Assembly (NCBI GenBank): GCA_030523245.1
Contig: JAUNIW010000001.1
Span: forward strand, 18,971 to 82,970
DNA from: Pseudomonadota bacterium
GTDB taxonomy: Bacteria > Pseudomonadota > Alphaproteobacteria > RF32 > CAG-239
Length of the DNA stretch: 64,000 nucleotides
Direction of reading: 5' to 3'
Under the pieces are notes generated by a model. The model was given only the letters and a program-made list of their open reading frames with translations. It did no database searches and was not told the DNA's origin. Positions 46,269 through 56,939 of the stretch are shown in pieces (positions within the stretch are counted from its first letter, which is position 1; each line of letters opens with the position of its first letter). A program made the position numbers and the translations under genes.

Positions 46269-47570
46269 ATGCGTAAAATATGGGTCAGTTTGCTGATAGT
46301 CATTTTATACCGGTTTCCGGCACAGGCAGAACAACGTTTGCTGGAAGACGTGATAGAAGAGGTTAATCCGGCGGTGGTAAGCATAGCTGTTGATGTCAAC
46401 GAAACCGAACAGGCTCTCGGTGCCGGCATTATTATCAGTGCCGACGGCTATATTGTGACGAATGCCCATGTTATGGAAAATGCGCAAAAAATTATGGTAC
46501 AGACAGCCGACGGCGAAAAATTTTCGGCCGGACTTGTCGGTAAAGATGAAAAAACGGATATTGCCTTATTGAAAGTGGATAAACCGCTTAATCTGGAAGC
46601 GGGACATTTTGGCGATTCGGATACGATACGGGTCGGAAATCAGGTATTTGCCATAGGTAACCCGTTCGGTCTGGGAAACAGTGTTTCTTTAGGTATTATT
46701 TCTGCCAAAGAACGTGATATCGAAAAAGGACCGTATGATAATTTTCTGCAGACGGATGCGGCTATCAATCAGGGGAATTCGGGTGGTCCGCTGTTCAATA
46801 TGGATGGTAAAATAATCGGTATGAGTACAGCCATTTTTTCAATGGATGGTCAAAATGCCGGTGTCGGATTTGCAACGCCGTCGAATGTTATTACATGGGT
46901 TGTCAACCGGTTGAAACAACAGGGAAAAGTTGTTCGGGGCTGGCTTGGTATAGGGGTAAAAAGTGTCCGCGCCAAAGATGAGACAAACAATTCTGTTCTG
47001 ATTATAAGTTCTATGGTTGAAAATTCACCGGCGGCCCAAGCCGGATTGAAAGTCGGCGATAAAATAATTTCGCTAGGCAGAGTGCCTTTGAAAAATCCGC
47101 GGTTGTTTTCTTTGGAAGTCGGCAAACTTCTGCCGGATACGGAAGTTCCGGTCGAAGTCAGTCGGGACGGTCAGAGTATAAAAACAAAAATTCTCATCAA
47201 AGCAGCACCGGAAGAAAATAATGAAAAAGAAACGGATGATAATGATAAAAAGGTAATTAAAAGCTTCGAAGAGTTGGGGTTGGATAAATATAAAATAGGC
47301 AAAGCAGCCGAGTTTCCGACTTTGGGATTCTCCGCATATTATGACGAATTGAAACGGGAGCTTGCCGTTGTATCGGTTATGCCGGATTCGGAAGCTGAAC
47401 AAAAAGGTATGAAAATAGGCGACCGCATCAGAACCGTAAATGACAAGCAGATATTCGGGATTGAAGATATGCAGGTCAAAATCAAACAGCCGGCCAATAA
47501 TAAAGTGACATTTTTATTAAAAGACGGAGAAGGCGAATACAGTGTTTCTCTCAATGTGAAAGCAGAATAA
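46269..47570 (+). CDS. degP: periplasmic serine endoprotease DegP/HtrA family
   Basis: 433 aa with a signal peptide. Catalytic motifs are TNAHV, DIALLK and GNSGGPLFN. PDZ region(s) follow. Confidence 0.85.
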   Translation: MRKIWVSLLIVILYRFPAQAEQRLLEDVIEEVNPAVVSIAVDVNETEQALGAGIIISADGYIVTNAHVMENAQKIMVQTADGEKFSAGLVGKDEKTDIALLKVDKPLNLEAGHFGDSDTIRVGNQVFAIGNPFGLGNSVSLGIISAKERDIEKGPYDNFLQTDAAINQGNSGGPLFNMDGKIIGMSTAIFSMDGQNAGVGFATPSNVITWVVNRLKQQGKVVRGWLGIGVKSVRAKDETNNSVLIISSMVENSPAAQAGLKVGDKIISLGRVPLKNPRLFSLEVGKLLPDTEVPVEVSRDGQSIKTKILIKAAPEENNEKETDDNDKKVIKSFEELGLDKYKIGKAAEFPTLGFSAYYDELKRELAVVSVMPDSEAEQKGMKIGDRIRTVNDKQIFGIEDMQVKIKQPANNKVTFLLKDGEGEYSVSLNVKAE

Positions 47571-48025
47571 TGGCCAGAGTGGACTTCTATCATTTGCAAA
47601 AAAGAACGTTGGATGAAACGTTGCCGATACTTTTGCAAAAAGCTTACGGAACGGGAAAACGCATCAAGATAAAAATAGGGACGGAAGAAAGAGTTGAATT
47701 TATTAACAGTCTGCTCTGGACTTATAATGATGAAAGCTTTTTACCGCATGGTTCCAAAAAAGACGGATTTGCCGAGCAGCAGCCGGTATGGTTGTCTTCT
47801 GACAGTGAAAATCCGAATGATGCCGTGTTTTTGTTTTTGGTTGACGGCGCGGCAGAAACAGTAGCAAATGTGCAAGCCTATGAGCGGATATTTAATATAT
47901 TTGACGGCAATTCGGATGAAGCTTTGCAGCTGGCAAGACAGTTGTGGAAAGAATATAAAAATGCCGGATTTGAAGTTTATTACTGGCAGCAGGATAATAA
48001 TGGAAAATGGCAGCAAAAGGTTTGA
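47570..48025 (+). CDS. holC: DNA polymerase III chi subunit
   Basis: 151 aa. VDFYHL...LLQKAYGTGKRI...LLWTYNDESFLPHG is the HolC pattern. Confidence 0.7.
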   Translation: MARVDFYHLQKRTLDETLPILLQKAYGTGKRIKIKIGTEERVEFINSLLWTYNDESFLPHGSKKDGFAEQQPVWLSSDSENPNDAVFLFLVDGAAETVANVQAYERIFNIFDGNSDEALQLARQLWKEYKNAGFEVYYWQQDNNGKWQQKV

Positions 48026-48108
48026 ATTCGGGCATAATAACCAAAAAAATCTTGAATTCACCGCTAAAAATTCTATTATCACAAAAAGAACTTCCAAAGG
48101 AGGAAAAA

Positions 48109-49074
48109 GTGACCGAAAATAAAGATATTGAAGTGGCTAAGCAAACAATAGACCGTGAAATTGAAGCTTTGAAAGCCATGGAAAGCGGATTGGATGATAC
48201 ATTGACCACGGCGGTTGATATTTTACAAAAAACTAAAGGGCGTGTTGTTGTGACGGGGATGGGAAAATCCGGTCATATCGGCCGGAAAATTGCGGCAACA
48301 TTCGCATCTACGGGAACACCGTCATTTTTTCTGCATCCGGGCGAAGCCAGCCATGGCGACTTGGGAATGATAACAACCAATGATACGGTGATAGCCATTT
48401 CAAACAGCGGAGAATCAAAAGAACTGTCAGATATTTTGATTTATTGCCGCCGGTTTGGTGTTCCATTGATAGCTATTACCAAAAATCCGGAAAGTTCTTT
48501 GGGACGAAACAGCGATTATGTTTTAAAATTACCGGCTAACCGCGAAGCCTGTCCGCTGGGTTTGGCACCGACGTCTTCTACGACCGCGACACTGGTTATG
48601 GGCGATGTTCTGGCGGCAGATTTGATGGTGCGTAAAGGATTTTCCGAAGCGGATTTCCATTTGCGTCACCCGGGAGGAAAACTCGGTTCTATTTTGCGCC
48701 ATGTATCGGATGTTATGCATATCGGTGATGAAATGCCGCTGGTCAAAGATACGGCAATTATGCAGGATGCTTTGATTAAAATGTCCGAAAAAATGCTGGG
48801 TTGTGTCGGAATTGTAAACGATAACGGCGATTTAACCGGTATCATTACAGACGGTGATTTACGCCGTTGGATGTCACCGGATTTGATTTCGGAAAAAGTT
48901 TCAAAAGTTATGACGAAAAATCCGAAGACAATTACGCCGGATGCGCTGATTGCCGAAGCGGTAAATGTAATGAATAATACAGGACGGGGTATAACCAATC
49001 TGTTTGTGGTAAAAGATACCAAACCGGTCGGTGTTATCCATATTCATGACTGCCTGAAAGCCGGAGTAAGCTGA
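48109..49074 (+). CDS. kdsD: arabinose-5-phosphate isomerase KdsD/KpsF (SIS + tandem CBS)
   Basis: The preferred start is GTG 48109, 5 nt after AAGGAGG; the ORF-track ATG at 48007 overlaps holC. The SIS motif is VVVTGMGKSGHIGRKIAATFASTGTPSFFLHPGEASHGDLG. Two CBS domains lie at the C-terminus. Confidence 0.85.
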   Translation: MTENKDIEVAKQTIDREIEALKAMESGLDDTLTTAVDILQKTKGRVVVTGMGKSGHIGRKIAATFASTGTPSFFLHPGEASHGDLGMITTNDTVIAISNSGESKELSDILIYCRRFGVPLIAITKNPESSLGRNSDYVLKLPANREACPLGLAPTSSTTATLVMGDVLAADLMVRKGFSEADFHLRHPGGKLGSILRHVSDVMHIGDEMPLVKDTAIMQDALIKMSEKMLGCVGIVNDNGDLTGIITDGDLRRWMSPDLISEKVSKVMTKNPKTITPDALIAEAVNVMNNTGRGITNLFVVKDTKPVGVIHIHDCLKAGVS

Positions 49075-49077
49075 TAG

Positions 49078-50136
49078 ATGTTTGATTCGCACAAGATAGA
49101 TGCTTATTTTGAAGGCGAGCGGCCGTTTGATAATGCCAAAACCGAGGACAAACCTGCCGTGTCCGGATGGCACCGGCTTATCAAACTCGGTTTTCCGTGT
49201 CTGGCTGCTGCTATTCTGGGGTTGATGCTTGTGATGCCAAACATAAAAAAAAGTGTTGATTTGCAGGATAATATAACGGTTCCGCATAAAAATGAAATGG
49301 AAAAGCTGCATATAGAAGAAACGGTTTATTATGCGACGGATGCCAAGAATCGGGTATCCACAATTACGGCCGACAGTGTTGACGAAGTGTCTCCCGGCGC
49401 AGCTGAGGTCAAAATAAGTAATCCGCGCGGAAACATCCCGACAGACAACGGGGATATTGATGTCAGGGCCGATACAGGGCTCTTTAACCAAAAAAGTAAT
49501 GTATTGAATCTGCAGGGAAATGTGGAAGCTTTGCACGAACGCGGGACAAAGGTAACCTCTCAAAATGCCGTTTATGATTTTAAGGCTGAATACGGTTATG
49601 GTAATGAACACATAAAAGCCGACGGAGACTGGGGAAATCTGGAAGCTGCAGCCTTTGAGTTCTTAAAAAAAGAAAATATTCTGGTTTTAAAGGGAAAACA
49701 TATTGTTACAACCGGACAAGGCGTACTGACGGCAGAAAAAGAAACGCGTTACTTCCAAGACCGGCATAAAAGTGTATCGGCAGGAAATGTTGTCGTACAA
49801 CAAGGAGACAATATCCTGTATGCAGATAAACTGGTGGCCCAATATACGCCGGATAACAAGTTAAAAAAAGCCGAAGCTTTCGGTAACGTGCGTGTTGTAA
49901 CGCCAAAGGGAAAAGCTTTTGGCGATAAAGGTGTTTATAATCCTGAAACAGCTAAGGTGAAACTTTTTGGCAAAGTAAGGCTTGAACAGGATGGAAATAT
50001 TATTAACGGTAATCAGGCCGAAACCGATTTGAATAAGCAAATCAGCCGGATTACGGCCAATAAAAACAAGGGCAGCCGGATAACCGGTACATTCTACAGC
50101 AAAAGGAAAAAAAATAATGGTAAAAACGCAGACTAA
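49078..50136 (+). CDS. apparent LptC-LptA fusion protein
   Basis: 352 aa with a single N-terminal TM (LIKLGFPCLAAAILGLMLVM). The first ~210 aa follow the LptC pattern. The last ~140 aa follow the OstA_N/LptA pattern (GNVVVQQGDNILYADKLVAQY...AEAFGNVRVVTPKGKAFGDKGVYNP...LFGKVRLEQDGNIINGNQAETDL). There is no second signal peptide and no separate lptA gene before lptB. Confidence 0.6.
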   Translation: MFDSHKIDAYFEGERPFDNAKTEDKPAVSGWHRLIKLGFPCLAAAILGLMLVMPNIKKSVDLQDNITVPHKNEMEKLHIEETVYYATDAKNRVSTITADSVDEVSPGAAEVKISNPRGNIPTDNGDIDVRADTGLFNQKSNVLNLQGNVEALHERGTKVTSQNAVYDFKAEYGYGNEHIKADGDWGNLEAAAFEFLKKENILVLKGKHIVTTGQGVLTAEKETRYFQDRHKSVSAGNVVVQQGDNILYADKLVAQYTPDNKLKKAEAFGNVRVVTPKGKAFGDKGVYNPETAKVKLFGKVRLEQDGNIINGNQAETDLNKQISRITANKNKGSRITGTFYSKRKKNNGKNAD

Positions 50137-50863
50137 TGAAGCCGAAGAACTGGAAATTTTTAATATCGGCAAAAAATATAAAAAGCGTACGGTGCTGAAA
50201 AATGTGTCACTGCATGTCAGAAAAGGCGAAGCCGTCGGGCTGCTGGGGCCGAACGGTGCCGGTAAGACGACCTGTTTTTATTGTGTTACCGGTTTGATAA
50301 CGCCGGATTATGGCGATGTTTATATCGGAGGCAAAGATATTACCGATTTACCGATGTATAAGCGCGCCCGTATGGGAATTGGCTATTTGCCGCAGGAAGC
50401 TTCCATTTTCCGTACGCTGAGCGTTGAAGATAATATCAAAGCTGTTTTGCAAATAGTGATTGACGATGAGAGCCAGCGTGAAAATATGCTGGAAGAGTTG
50501 CTGAACGAATTTTCTATTGCTCATCTGCGTAAATCTCCGGCTTTAGCCTTGTCCGGCGGTGAGCGGCGGCGTCTGGAAATAGCCCGCGCACTGGCCAGCC
50601 GGCCGAGCTTTATTCTGCTGGATGAACCGTTGGCCGGTATCGATCCGATAGCCGTCGGTGAAATAAGAATGCTTGTTTCCCAGCTGAAAAACAGAGGTCT
50701 TGGCGTTTTGATTACAGATCATAATGTTCGGGAAACCTTGGACATTATTGACAGAGCTTATATTTTGCACGGCGGAACCGTTCTTATGGAAGGAACTCCG
50801 GATGAAATAGTCGCTAATGAAGAAGTTCGCAAGGTTTATCTGGGGGATAATTTCTCGCTGTAA
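50117..50863 (+). CDS. lptB: LPS export ABC transporter ATPase LptB
   Basis: Walker A GPNGAGKTT, signature LSGGERRRLEIARAL, Walker B FILLDEP. Confidence 0.9.
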   Translation: MVKTQTNEAEELEIFNIGKKYKKRTVLKNVSLHVRKGEAVGLLGPNGAGKTTCFYCVTGLITPDYGDVYIGGKDITDLPMYKRARMGIGYLPQEASIFRTLSVEDNIKAVLQIVIDDESQRENMLEELLNEFSIAHLRKSPALALSGGERRRLEIARALASRPSFILLDEPLAGIDPIAVGEIRMLVSQLKNRGLGVLITDHNVRETLDIIDRAYILHGGTVLMEGTPDEIVANEEVRKVYLGDNFSL

Positions 50864-50962
50864 AAAAGTATATTGTTTACTTTTGCTTAAACAGTGTTAT
50901 ACTATAAAGCAATTATTACAAAAGGGCGATTGTGCCGAAATAATTAACAAATGGGGTAAATT

Positions 50963-51526
50963 ATGAAAATTACATTAACAGGAAAACAAGTTGATATTAG
51001 TGACAGACTGCGCAACCGTGTGGAAGAGGCTGTTGAAAATGCCGTAAACAAGTATTTTAATGCGCCGATAAGCTGCAGTGTTGCTTTTTCTAAAGATGGC
51101 GAAGACTTCAGAGCAGAAGTTACTGTTCATCCGGCTAAAAATATTGTCCTGAAAGGTACCGGTGTGGCAGCTGATCCATACTCGGCATTTGACAATGCTA
51201 ATGAACATATTGCTACACGTTTGCGCCGCCAAAAAACAAAATTGAATGACCATAAAGGCAAAACAGGTATCGTTGAGATGGCTCATGCGGCTGTATTCCC
51301 TGTTAAAGAAACAGAAGACGAGATGAGTATTGACGAATCTGCGCCGCTGACAATTGCCGAAACCGATGCTAACATAAAAGTCTGCACGGTCGGTGAAGCT
51401 GTTATGTATATGGATTTGGCTGATGAAAATGCTTTGATGTTCCGTAACAGTGCCAACAACCGTATCAGCATGGTATACCGCCGTAAAGACGGCAATATCG
51501 GTTGGGTTGAGCCGGCAGAAGAATAA
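50963..51526 (+). CDS. hpf: ribosome hibernation promoting factor, long form
   Basis: 187 aa. The N-terminal S30AE domain begins MKITLTGKQVDISDRLRNRVE. A C-terminal dimerisation extension is present. Confidence 0.85.
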   Translation: MKITLTGKQVDISDRLRNRVEEAVENAVNKYFNAPISCSVAFSKDGEDFRAEVTVHPAKNIVLKGTGVAADPYSAFDNANEHIATRLRRQKTKLNDHKGKTGIVEMAHAAVFPVKETEDEMSIDESAPLTIAETDANIKVCTVGEAVMYMDLADENALMFRNSANNRISMVYRRKDGNIGWVEPAEE

Positions 51527-51546
51527 TTAAAGCAAAAGGATATAAA

Positions 51547-51990
51547 ATGGAAATTTCTGATATCTTGTCCGAAGACATGGTGTTGATTCATGTTGATGCA
51601 GAAAATAAACGGGATTTGCTCGAGAAAATATCTGTATTTGTCGCCGATAAAGAAAATTTGGATAAAAATCCTGTTTTTGAGGCAATTCTTGAACGTGAAA
51701 ATCTGGGAACAACAGGATACGGCAATGGTGTAGCTTTCCCGCATGCCCGTATTGATGGCTTGGATAAGATAATTGTTGTTTTCGCCCGTCTGGATAAAGG
51801 AATTGACTATGATGCTCTTGACGGACATCCGGTTGATTTGGTCGCATTTTTACTGTCTCCGGAAAAAAGCGGAGAAGATCATCTACGTTCTTTATCGATT
51901 ATGTCACGAGTTCTTAAAGACGAAGCAATATGCCAAAAAATCCGAGAAGCCAAAACATCTCATGAAATTTATATTGCCTTGCAGAATTAA
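51547..51990 (+). CDS. ptsN: PTS EIIA-Ntr (PtsN)
   Basis: 147 aa. The EIIA-2 motif GNGVAFPHARI contains the phosphorylatable His. The gene follows hpf, as in the rpoN-operon layout. Confidence 0.8.
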   Translation: MEISDILSEDMVLIHVDAENKRDLLEKISVFVADKENLDKNPVFEAILERENLGTTGYGNGVAFPHARIDGLDKIIVVFARLDKGIDYDALDGHPVDLVAFLLSPEKSGEDHLRSLSIMSRVLKDEAICQKIREAKTSHEIYIALQN

Positions 51991-51994
51991 AAAA

Positions 51995-52022
51995 AGAGCC
52001 TCCGGAGAGAGGCTCTTTTTTT
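51995..52022 (+). terminator. rho-independent terminator after ptsN
   Basis: Hairpin agagcctc/gaggctct with loop cggaga, followed by a T-run of 6-7. Confidence 0.8.
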
Positions 52023-52097
52023 AATTGACGCTGTATTGTTTTGTGCTATATTGAAATAAGTATTAAATTATTTGACATATTATTAAATTTCAGACTT

Positions 52098-52394
52098 ATG
52101 GTACAAGACAACAAAACAGAAATCAGAGCAGTCATCATTTATGTAGATGTTAATTCTAACGGGCTAAACCTTGTTTATCTCACAAAAGGTACAAATAAAG
52201 GCAAAAAATCCGCAAAAACAGGAAATATTCAGCTTTTGGAAGGAGAGACCTTCTATTTTTCGGCCTTTGAATTGATGGTTGGTGACGAGATTATCATAGA
52301 TGAAAACGAAAAGATTGTTAAATTGTGTCCTCAGCCTTTTTGTAAGCGCTTGAAAAATCAGTGGCATCTTCTTCAAAGAGGTGTTTTTGCCTGA
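52098..52394 (+). CDS. small hypothetical protein, paralog A
   Basis: 98 aa from ATG 52098, with a weak SD. It is paralogous to the next ORF (LMVGDEIIIDENEKIVKL vs LKRGDEIWIDRETDTVYCL). Its own hairpin and T-run lie at about 52389-52410. Confidence 0.3.
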   Translation: MVQDNKTEIRAVIIYVDVNSNGLNLVYLTKGTNKGKKSAKTGNIQLLEGETFYFSAFELMVGDEIIIDENEKIVKLCPQPFCKRLKNQWHLLQRGVFA

Positions 52395-52469
52395 TTGTCA
52401 GGCTTCTTTTCTACAACGTATTGAAAACAGAGTGAAATAAATCAATTTTGTTTTTTAAATATTATACTT

Positions 52470-52772
52470 ATGGAAAGTGAAGATTGCAAAATTTGGTCAT
52501 TGGCGGTTGTTGTTACAGTCGAAAAGAAGAGCAGACATGCCAGAATTGGCTACATCTTCCGTCATAAAACGTGGCAGGAACCTGTTATAAGAAACCTGCA
52601 TTATGATGACGTTTGTTATGATAATCATCGGGTGTTTAATGGTACCGCATTGAAAAGAGGGGATGAGATTTGGATAGACAGAGAAACAGATACTGTCTAT
52701 TGTCTGAATCAAATCACTCTGTTTAAGAGATTACGGAACTGTCTCTTTTTGTTTTTTACGCGTTACATCTGA
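52470..52772 (+). CDS. small hypothetical protein, paralog B
   Basis: 100 aa. The upstream region is similar to that of paralog A (tattgaaa...ttaaat..acttATGg). It is followed by a strong terminator. Confidence 0.3.
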   Translation: MESEDCKIWSLAVVVTVEKKSRHARIGYIFRHKTWQEPVIRNLHYDDVCYDNHRVFNGTALKRGDEIWIDRETDTVYCLNQITLFKRLRNCLFLFFTRYI

Positions 52773-52815
52773 AACAAAGCACCTCCGGTTAATTTTCCGG
52801 AGGTGCTTTGTTTTT
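52772..52815. terminator. bidirectional rho-independent terminator (17-bp perfect stem) between paralog B and gyrB
   Basis: aaacaaagcacctccgg / ccggaggtgctttgttt with loop ttaatttt. The A-run and T-run flanks serve both convergent genes. Confidence 0.85.
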
Positions 52816-52827
52816 CAGCTGAAGAAA

Positions 52828-55278
<2,451 letters not shown>

Positions 55279-55442
55279 TCATCTAAACAAATTTTTTCCA
55301 TGGAAGCAATATAGCGCAAACCATAGGAAGCGCAAAGCATAAAATCAAAGTTATAAACGAAAAAACGTGAAAAAAGTTGCTTGAATTTAATACAAAAATG
55401 AACTAATGTGAAAACATAAATTTATTTATTATAACAATAATT

Positions 55443-55865
55443 ATGCGTATGAAGAATTTTATTATTTTAGGGTGTGTAATTCTCTTGACGGCCGGTCTGG
55501 CTTTCTTGGAATATCTGTTTGCCTGTCCTTTCAAGTGGCACATTGGCGAGATTATCGGCGGAATTTTATTTCTGATAATCGGCCTTTGGGGGATGCGGCA
55601 GCTGGTTGCTTCCAGAAAGAAAATGATTTTCAGTTTTCTGAGTGGTTGTATTTTAATTGTGGCCGTTAATGTGGCAACAAATGCGGTTGTTTTGGGAAAG
55701 ATACTTTTGGATGCTTGTTCGGAAGATATGAATGGTTTTCTTGTCGGTATAGTATTGCTGATGTCGCTTTACTTTCCTTTTGTGTATGTCGGGGCTGTCT
55801 GGCTCTACTTCTACCATTTTTGCGGTTTGCGTACCATCTTTGCCCGAATGAAGGAAGACATTTAA
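55443..55865 (+). CDS. small polytopic membrane protein, unknown function
   Basis: 140 aa with about 4 hydrophobic segments. No family is recognisable. Confidence 0.4.
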   Translation: MRMKNFIILGCVILLTAGLAFLEYLFACPFKWHIGEIIGGILFLIIGLWGMRQLVASRKKMIFSFLSGCILIVAVNVATNAVVLGKILLDACSEDMNGFLVGIVLLMSLYFPFVYVGAVWLYFYHFCGLRTIFARMKEDI

Positions 55866-55929
55866 AACTAAAAAAGGAAATTCTTAAAACAGAATTTCCT
55901 TTTTTGTTTTAGGTTATGCCGGTATTTTA

Positions 55930-56631
55930 TTAGTCCCAATCGAAATCTTTGCCGCAGGTCTCGGGATCTTCAATGCCGGTCAGAGAATGTGCAATAGTAA
56001 ATTCACAAACATCTGATTTGCAACTGCAGGCTTGTGCTGCGATATCAGGCGGTACCGGCAACCCGAATTCCGGAGTAGTTGTTCGGGCGCATTTGCAGGC
56101 AAAAAGATGTTCATCCGAAAAATATCTTCCCTCGGTAGCATCAATTATATTCATGCAATAAGAGGCTACAGGATTGTTACCCGTTCTGTTCACGGCAGCT
56201 AAGCCCACAAAATAAGGTGAGTTAAAATCCCAGTGGAAAGTGCTGAGAGCAATACATGCTTCTTTTGATATATCGGATATGTAAATCTCAAAAAGTGTAT
56301 TATTGAGATAAATATAGGAAATTCCTCCCAAAGGATTAACGAAATGATAAGTATCATTTGAATAAGGAGCGAGATTTTCTGGAATTATGCCAAGATTTTT
56401 TAATTCGGCCACACTGCTGACAGAATTCGTAAATCCAAGAGTTTTTTGGTTGGTATAAAGTGTTAATATATTGTAGGTAATTTGTTCAACCATTTCAACG
56501 GTTTTGTTTATTTTCCATTTTATCATGGCTTTGGCGTATCCGGCAATTCCGGCAACGCTTAAAACACCGATAATTGCCAATACCCCCAGCATTTCTATCA
56601 TTGATCTGCCTCGTTGATTTTTGCATTCCAT
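55930..56631 (-). CDS. type IV pilin/pseudopilin with canonical prepilin N-terminus and Cys-rich C-domain
   Basis: MECKNQRG|RSMIEMLGVLAIIGVLSVAGIAGY shows a short basic leader ending in Gly, Glu at +5 and a hydrophobic alpha1-N helix. 233 aa with about 10 Cys in the C-terminal half. Confidence 0.7.
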   Translation of the reverse strand: MECKNQRGRSMIEMLGVLAIIGVLSVAGIAGYAKAMIKWKINKTVEMVEQITYNILTLYTNQKTLGFTNSVSSVAELKNLGIIPENLAPYSNDTYHFVNPLGGISYIYLNNTLFEIYISDISKEACIALSTFHWDFNSPYFVGLAAVNRTGNNPVASYCMNIIDATEGRYFSDEHLFACKCARTTTPEFGLPVPPDIAAQACSCKSDVCEFTIAHSLTGIEDPETCGKDFDWD

Positions 56632-56656
56632 CTGTCTGTCTCCGTTTAATTTGTAC

Positions 56657-56834
56657 CAAAAACAAAACCCGCTGTTTCTAGCGGGCGGATGTTGAGAAAC
56701 CGTACAAGATTAAACGGCTCGGCTTATTCAGCTCATAGCCTTATTTAGCCGACATCCGCACAATGCAAAAATCGGCAAATATATTTAAAGTCGTTTGCAA
56801 ACGACTAATCTTGTAAAGGGTTCTCACGCCCTGA
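56657..56834 (-). ncRNA. candidate structured leader or small RNA ending in an intrinsic terminator just upstream of the pilin gene
   Basis: Minus-strand terminator CCCGCU-agaaac-AGCGGG followed by UUUUGUUUUU (56657-56684). A long helix pairs 56805-56824 with 56693-56711 (10 perfect bp plus 7 of 8 bp). A 16-nt perfect palindrome GTCGTTTGCAAACGAC lies at 56789-56804. A possible promoter TTGATA-16nt-GACAAT lies at 56868-56841. The RNA class is not recognised. Confidence 0.3.
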
Positions 56835-56910
56835 GTAAACTATTGTCTACCTGTCTGTAATTCTATCAAAGTCATTAAAAAATGTAAAGTTATTTATATT
56901 TGAGATAAAA

Positions 56911-56936
56911 ATAAAAAAGAGGCTTTGAGGCCTCTT
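56911..56936 (-). terminator. rho-independent terminator after nrdG
   Basis: Hairpin agaggc/gcctct with a 6-nt loop and a T-run on the minus strand, directly after the nrdG stop. Confidence 0.7.
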
Positions 56937-56939
56937 TCG

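Noticed and set aside
45803-46429. 208-aa minus-strand ORF spanning the hflC/degP junction
   Set aside because: It overlaps two well-supported plus-strand genes (SPFH domain and HtrA protease motifs). Its sequence is low-complexity and no family is recognisable.
48901-49611. 236-aa minus-strand ORF across kdsD/lptC
   Set aside because: It is antisense to two conserved genes and has no recognisable motifs. The same reasoning applies to 51283-51828 (antisense to hpf/ptsN), 54745-55260 (antisense to gyrB), 4034-4585 (antisense to the pilus ATPase), 2435-2944, 44892-45353 and 7735-8154.
56780-56830. Possible tmRNA: the minus-strand RNA contains GCA AAC GAC (Ala-Asn-Asp), reminiscent of tmRNA tag starts
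   Set aside because: The reading frame gives ANDFKYICRFLHCADVG, with no terminal Ala-Ala. There is no tRNA-like acceptor/T-arm (no GGTTCGA-type T-loop). The GCAAACGAC is simply half of a perfect palindrome.
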